This document shows positions 61,828 through 64,000 of a stretch of 64,000 bases of DNA, one piece after another. Each line of letters starts with the position of its first letter. The first letter of the stretch is position 1. The notes under the pieces are model-generated. The model saw only the letters and a program-made list of their open reading frames with translations, ran no database searches and was not told the origin of the DNA. The stretch comes from a virus (taxonomy: Duplodnaviria > Caudoviricetes): IMG/VR virus record IMGVR_UViG_3300013901_000005, positions 32,001-96,000 of that record. One strand, 5' to 3'. Position numbers and translations under genes: made by a program.

Positions 61828-62411
61828 TATACAAAATCTTTTAATATTACAATATGTTCTGCTTTTTTATCTTTTAATTCATCGAAATAATTGGAATAAT
61901 TCTTTTCCTTTAATTTATTAAAAAGATATGGTCCTAATATCCATTCATACCAATGTTTTGCGTCTACTGAATAATGTTTTTCCTGTAATACAAAACTAGA
62001 TGGTATATATTCTTTCCAATCCCAGAAAGTTATTGCATTATCTAATTTTAAATCAAAGTTTTTACTAATAAATTTTATTATTTCCTTAAATAATTCAGAT
62101 AGTCTATCCGCATTTTCTGGCTTTTCTCTATAATCCAATAAAATCCGAATACTAACATCCTGATAATCTATTTCTTCTAGAGCTTTGAATAATCTTTCTT
62201 TATAAATCACATTATTATGGCAAATCCATGGAATATAACCTATATTCGTATCATCTATTTTAATCCTAAAATCAAAATATCTGACACCTTCATTATACTG
62301 TTCTTTTAATGTTTTATTTTGACATTTAGTCCATGGACGAAGAATCGTCATCCACCATTTCTTTTCTTTTAGATAAGTTGCGGAATTATGACTTCCTATC
62401 ATTTTTAACAT
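61827..62411 (-). CDS. PI-PLC X-box-like phosphodiesterase
   Basis: IGSHNS, CQNKTLKEQYNEGVRYFDFRI and ICH motifs. Confidence 0.75.
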   Translation of the reverse strand: MLKMIGSHNSATYLKEKKWWMTILRPWTKCQNKTLKEQYNEGVRYFDFRIKIDDTNIGYIPWICHNNVIYKERLFKALEEIDYQDVSIRILLDYREKPENADRLSELFKEIIKFISKNFDLKLDNAITFWDWKEYIPSSFVLQEKHYSVDAKHWYEWILGPYLFNKLKEKNYSNYFDELKDKKAEHIVILKDFV

Positions 62412-62428
62412 ATATTAATTAATAATTG

Positions 62429-62593
62429 TTAATCTATTAAAATCTTTCCTCGCAATCTTTCAGACCATTTATTATTTAGTATTTCGACCCTACTTACTGT
62501 TGCATAAGCAGGGCCGTCAAATACTATAACATCACGATTTAATTCACTTTCAGAAAGTTTTTGTAATTCCTTTATAAGTTCTTTTCCTGTCAT
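62429..62593 (-). CDS. small hypothetical protein (54 aa)
   Basis: MTGKELIKELQKLSESELNRDV...; ATGA overlap with the upstream gene. Confidence 0.65.
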   Translation of the reverse strand: MTGKELIKELQKLSESELNRDVIVFDGPAYATVSRVEILNNKWSERLRGKILID

Positions 62594-62826
62594 ATTTCTA
62601 TTATTTTAGAAACGCAAGTTTCAAATAATTTTTTACCATTATCTAGTTGTAAAACATAATAAAGATCTTCCTCTGTCTCGCACATTCCAATAAGTGTTCC
62701 CTTGATATTTCCATATGTTTTATATCGTTTTCCTATATTTTTCCCAAACTCTATAAACCAATCTGGTAACTCCTTGTGGTTTTTTAAATCTTTGTACGAC
62801 GAGTAAATAATTTCATATTGTTTCAT
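62590..62826 (-). CDS. hypothetical protein
   Basis: 78-aa ORF in the operon. Confidence 0.7.
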   Translation of the reverse strand: MKQYEIIYSSYKDLKNHKELPDWFIEFGKNIGKRYKTYGNIKGTLIGMCETEEDLYYVLQLDNGKKLFETCVSKIIEI

Positions 62827-62829
62827 ACT

Positions 62830-62988
62830 TTAATTGGTAAATTCTGTTGTAACATAATCATTTGAATTTAATACAATTTGTTCATTTTTATATAATTCCT
62901 TTGCTATACGAATTGCTTCATGTTCATCGTCAGCTTTTATTGGAACTGTTCTTGAAAGTGTTTCGGTTATTTTAATATAATATTTCAT
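62830..62988 (-). CDS. DpnD/PcfM-like small protein (52 aa)
   Basis: MKYYIKITETLSRTVPIKADDEHEAIRIAKELYKNEQIVLNSNDY. Confidence 0.7.
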   Translation of the reverse strand: MKYYIKITETLSRTVPIKADDEHEAIRIAKELYKNEQIVLNSNDYVTTEFTN

Positions 62989-62990
62989 AA

Positions 62991-63512
62991 TCAACTAAAT
63001 TCTGTAAATGCTGAAAATCTCAAACCATCCGAAAAGAAATAATTTCCTATTTGACTAATTCCTAATTCTGGTAACAAATTGTTATATTGAATATATTCAT
63101 TACTATTGGTTCCATCTTCCCCATCTGGACACCAATTTATAGCCATATTCATAAATTCTTCTGGTGTAAATTCATGTTCAGATTTATTGTTATCGTATTT
63201 CCAATATTCATCTATTATTTTTATATTTGGTTTTGATAAAAACTCCAATATTGATTTTTTGTTAAAATCATAATAAGTTTTTATTTTGCCGTTATATTTA
63301 TAAATATTTGGATCCCATAAGAATTTCCATCCTGAAGAACGTTTTCCTAAATGTAGTATTCCATAATTACTGGGATTGTAATTATCAATATCACGATATG
63401 ATATATTATACAATTCCTGTATATTGTCAATATCGTCATTTTGAATTGCATTTATTAATTTTTGCTTTCTTTCTTTTGTTGGTAAAATTACCGCATAATA
63501 ATTTGTTCCCAT
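62991..63512 (-). CDS. hypothetical phage protein
   Basis: 173 aa; MGTNYY...LHLGKRSSGWKFLW...EFS. Confidence 0.75.
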   Translation of the reverse strand: MGTNYYAVILPTKERKQKLINAIQNDDIDNIQELYNISYRDIDNYNPSNYGILHLGKRSSGWKFLWDPNIYKYNGKIKTYYDFNKKSILEFLSKPNIKIIDEYWKYDNNKSEHEFTPEEFMNMAINWCPDGEDGTNSNEYIQYNNLLPELGISQIGNYFFSDGLRFSAFTEFS

Positions 63513-63513
63513 A

Positions 63514-64000
63514 TTATTTCTTTAAAAGTTTTCTGACATTTTTTGCCAATTCTCTAGCCATAGGATGAGCGTGCGGATTATCTCTTCTATATAAAAAATT
63601 ATTCCAGCAATCATCAAATCCGCATAATACCAATTCTGATTTTACAGATAATGGCAAAAGTTGTCTAGCTTGTTCTGCTTTCCATCCAGATTTTAATAAT
63701 ATCATATATTCTGATTCCGCAGATCTTAATCCTAAAAGAAAATTATTTATTGCTAAATTTTCATCATACGATCTTGGTATGTCATTCTCATCACACCATT
63801 GCCCTCCAAAATGTCTATATTCACCTTCTGGAATGTTAATCCAATTTGGTATAACAAATGTTACCTCGTTTCCAAATTTATCCTTATTATATGAACAAAA
63901 CCTAGTAGATTCTGCTATACTTGACATTCCAACATGCGTTCTAAAGGAATCCATTGTCACCCTATCGGTTATAAAATGGATTGTATGCCTCTCTGGAAAT
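63514..64000 (-). CDS. thyX: FAD-dependent thymidylate synthase (5' truncated by the window)
   Basis: ESTRFCSY, AEQARQLLPL and RRDNPHAHP motifs. Confidence 0.82.
   Translation of the reverse strand, partial: FPERHTIHFITDRVTMDSFRTHVGMSSIAESTRFCSYNKDKFGNEVTFVIPNWINIPEGEYRHFGGQWCDENDIPRSYDENLAINNFLLGLRSAESEYMILLKSGWKAEQARQLLPLSVKSELVLCGFDDCWNNFLYRRDNPHAHPMARELAKNVRKLLKK

Noticed and set aside
1-64000. Diversity-generating retroelement, retron or CRISPR-Cas system
   Set aside because: No reverse transcriptase motif, TR/VR pair, cas gene or repeat-spacer array was seen.

Overview
AT-rich dsDNA phage window with the gene set and order of a crAss-like phage (Crassvirales, probably a delta/zeta-type lineage with a Bacteroidota host). 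TAG is read as Gln (code 15), which explains why the standard-code ORF track is fragmented. The + strand (1-58858) carries, in order: the end of a probable tail/fibre gene, a small accessory cassette, a candidate structured ncRNA, a putative lysis pair, a scaffold-like protein, a major capsid protein gene split by seven group I introns, capsid/ring/muzzle genes, cargo proteins, and four ejected-type proteins (SF1-helicase-domain giant, DFDID RNA polymerase, zincin, PD-(D/E)xK giant). Five of the capsid introns carry GIY-YIG ORFs. A convergent - strand block (58911-64000) encodes ThyX, a PI-PLC-like protein, thioredoxin, a free-standing LAGLIDADG endonuclease and a metallophosphoesterase. Main unexplained signals: (1) a CTG-TAA-CTG 'stop-hop' with a perfect 12-bp hairpin inside the phosphoesterase DxH motif, next to the homing endonuclease; (2) atypical introns (C.A splice site, P9-less, 182-nt minimal); (3) head-to-tail terminal cysteines across the four ejected-type proteins; (4) an independent ~380-nt non-coding transcription unit. 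All translations and pairings were done by hand; family assignments come from motif recognition, not database searches.
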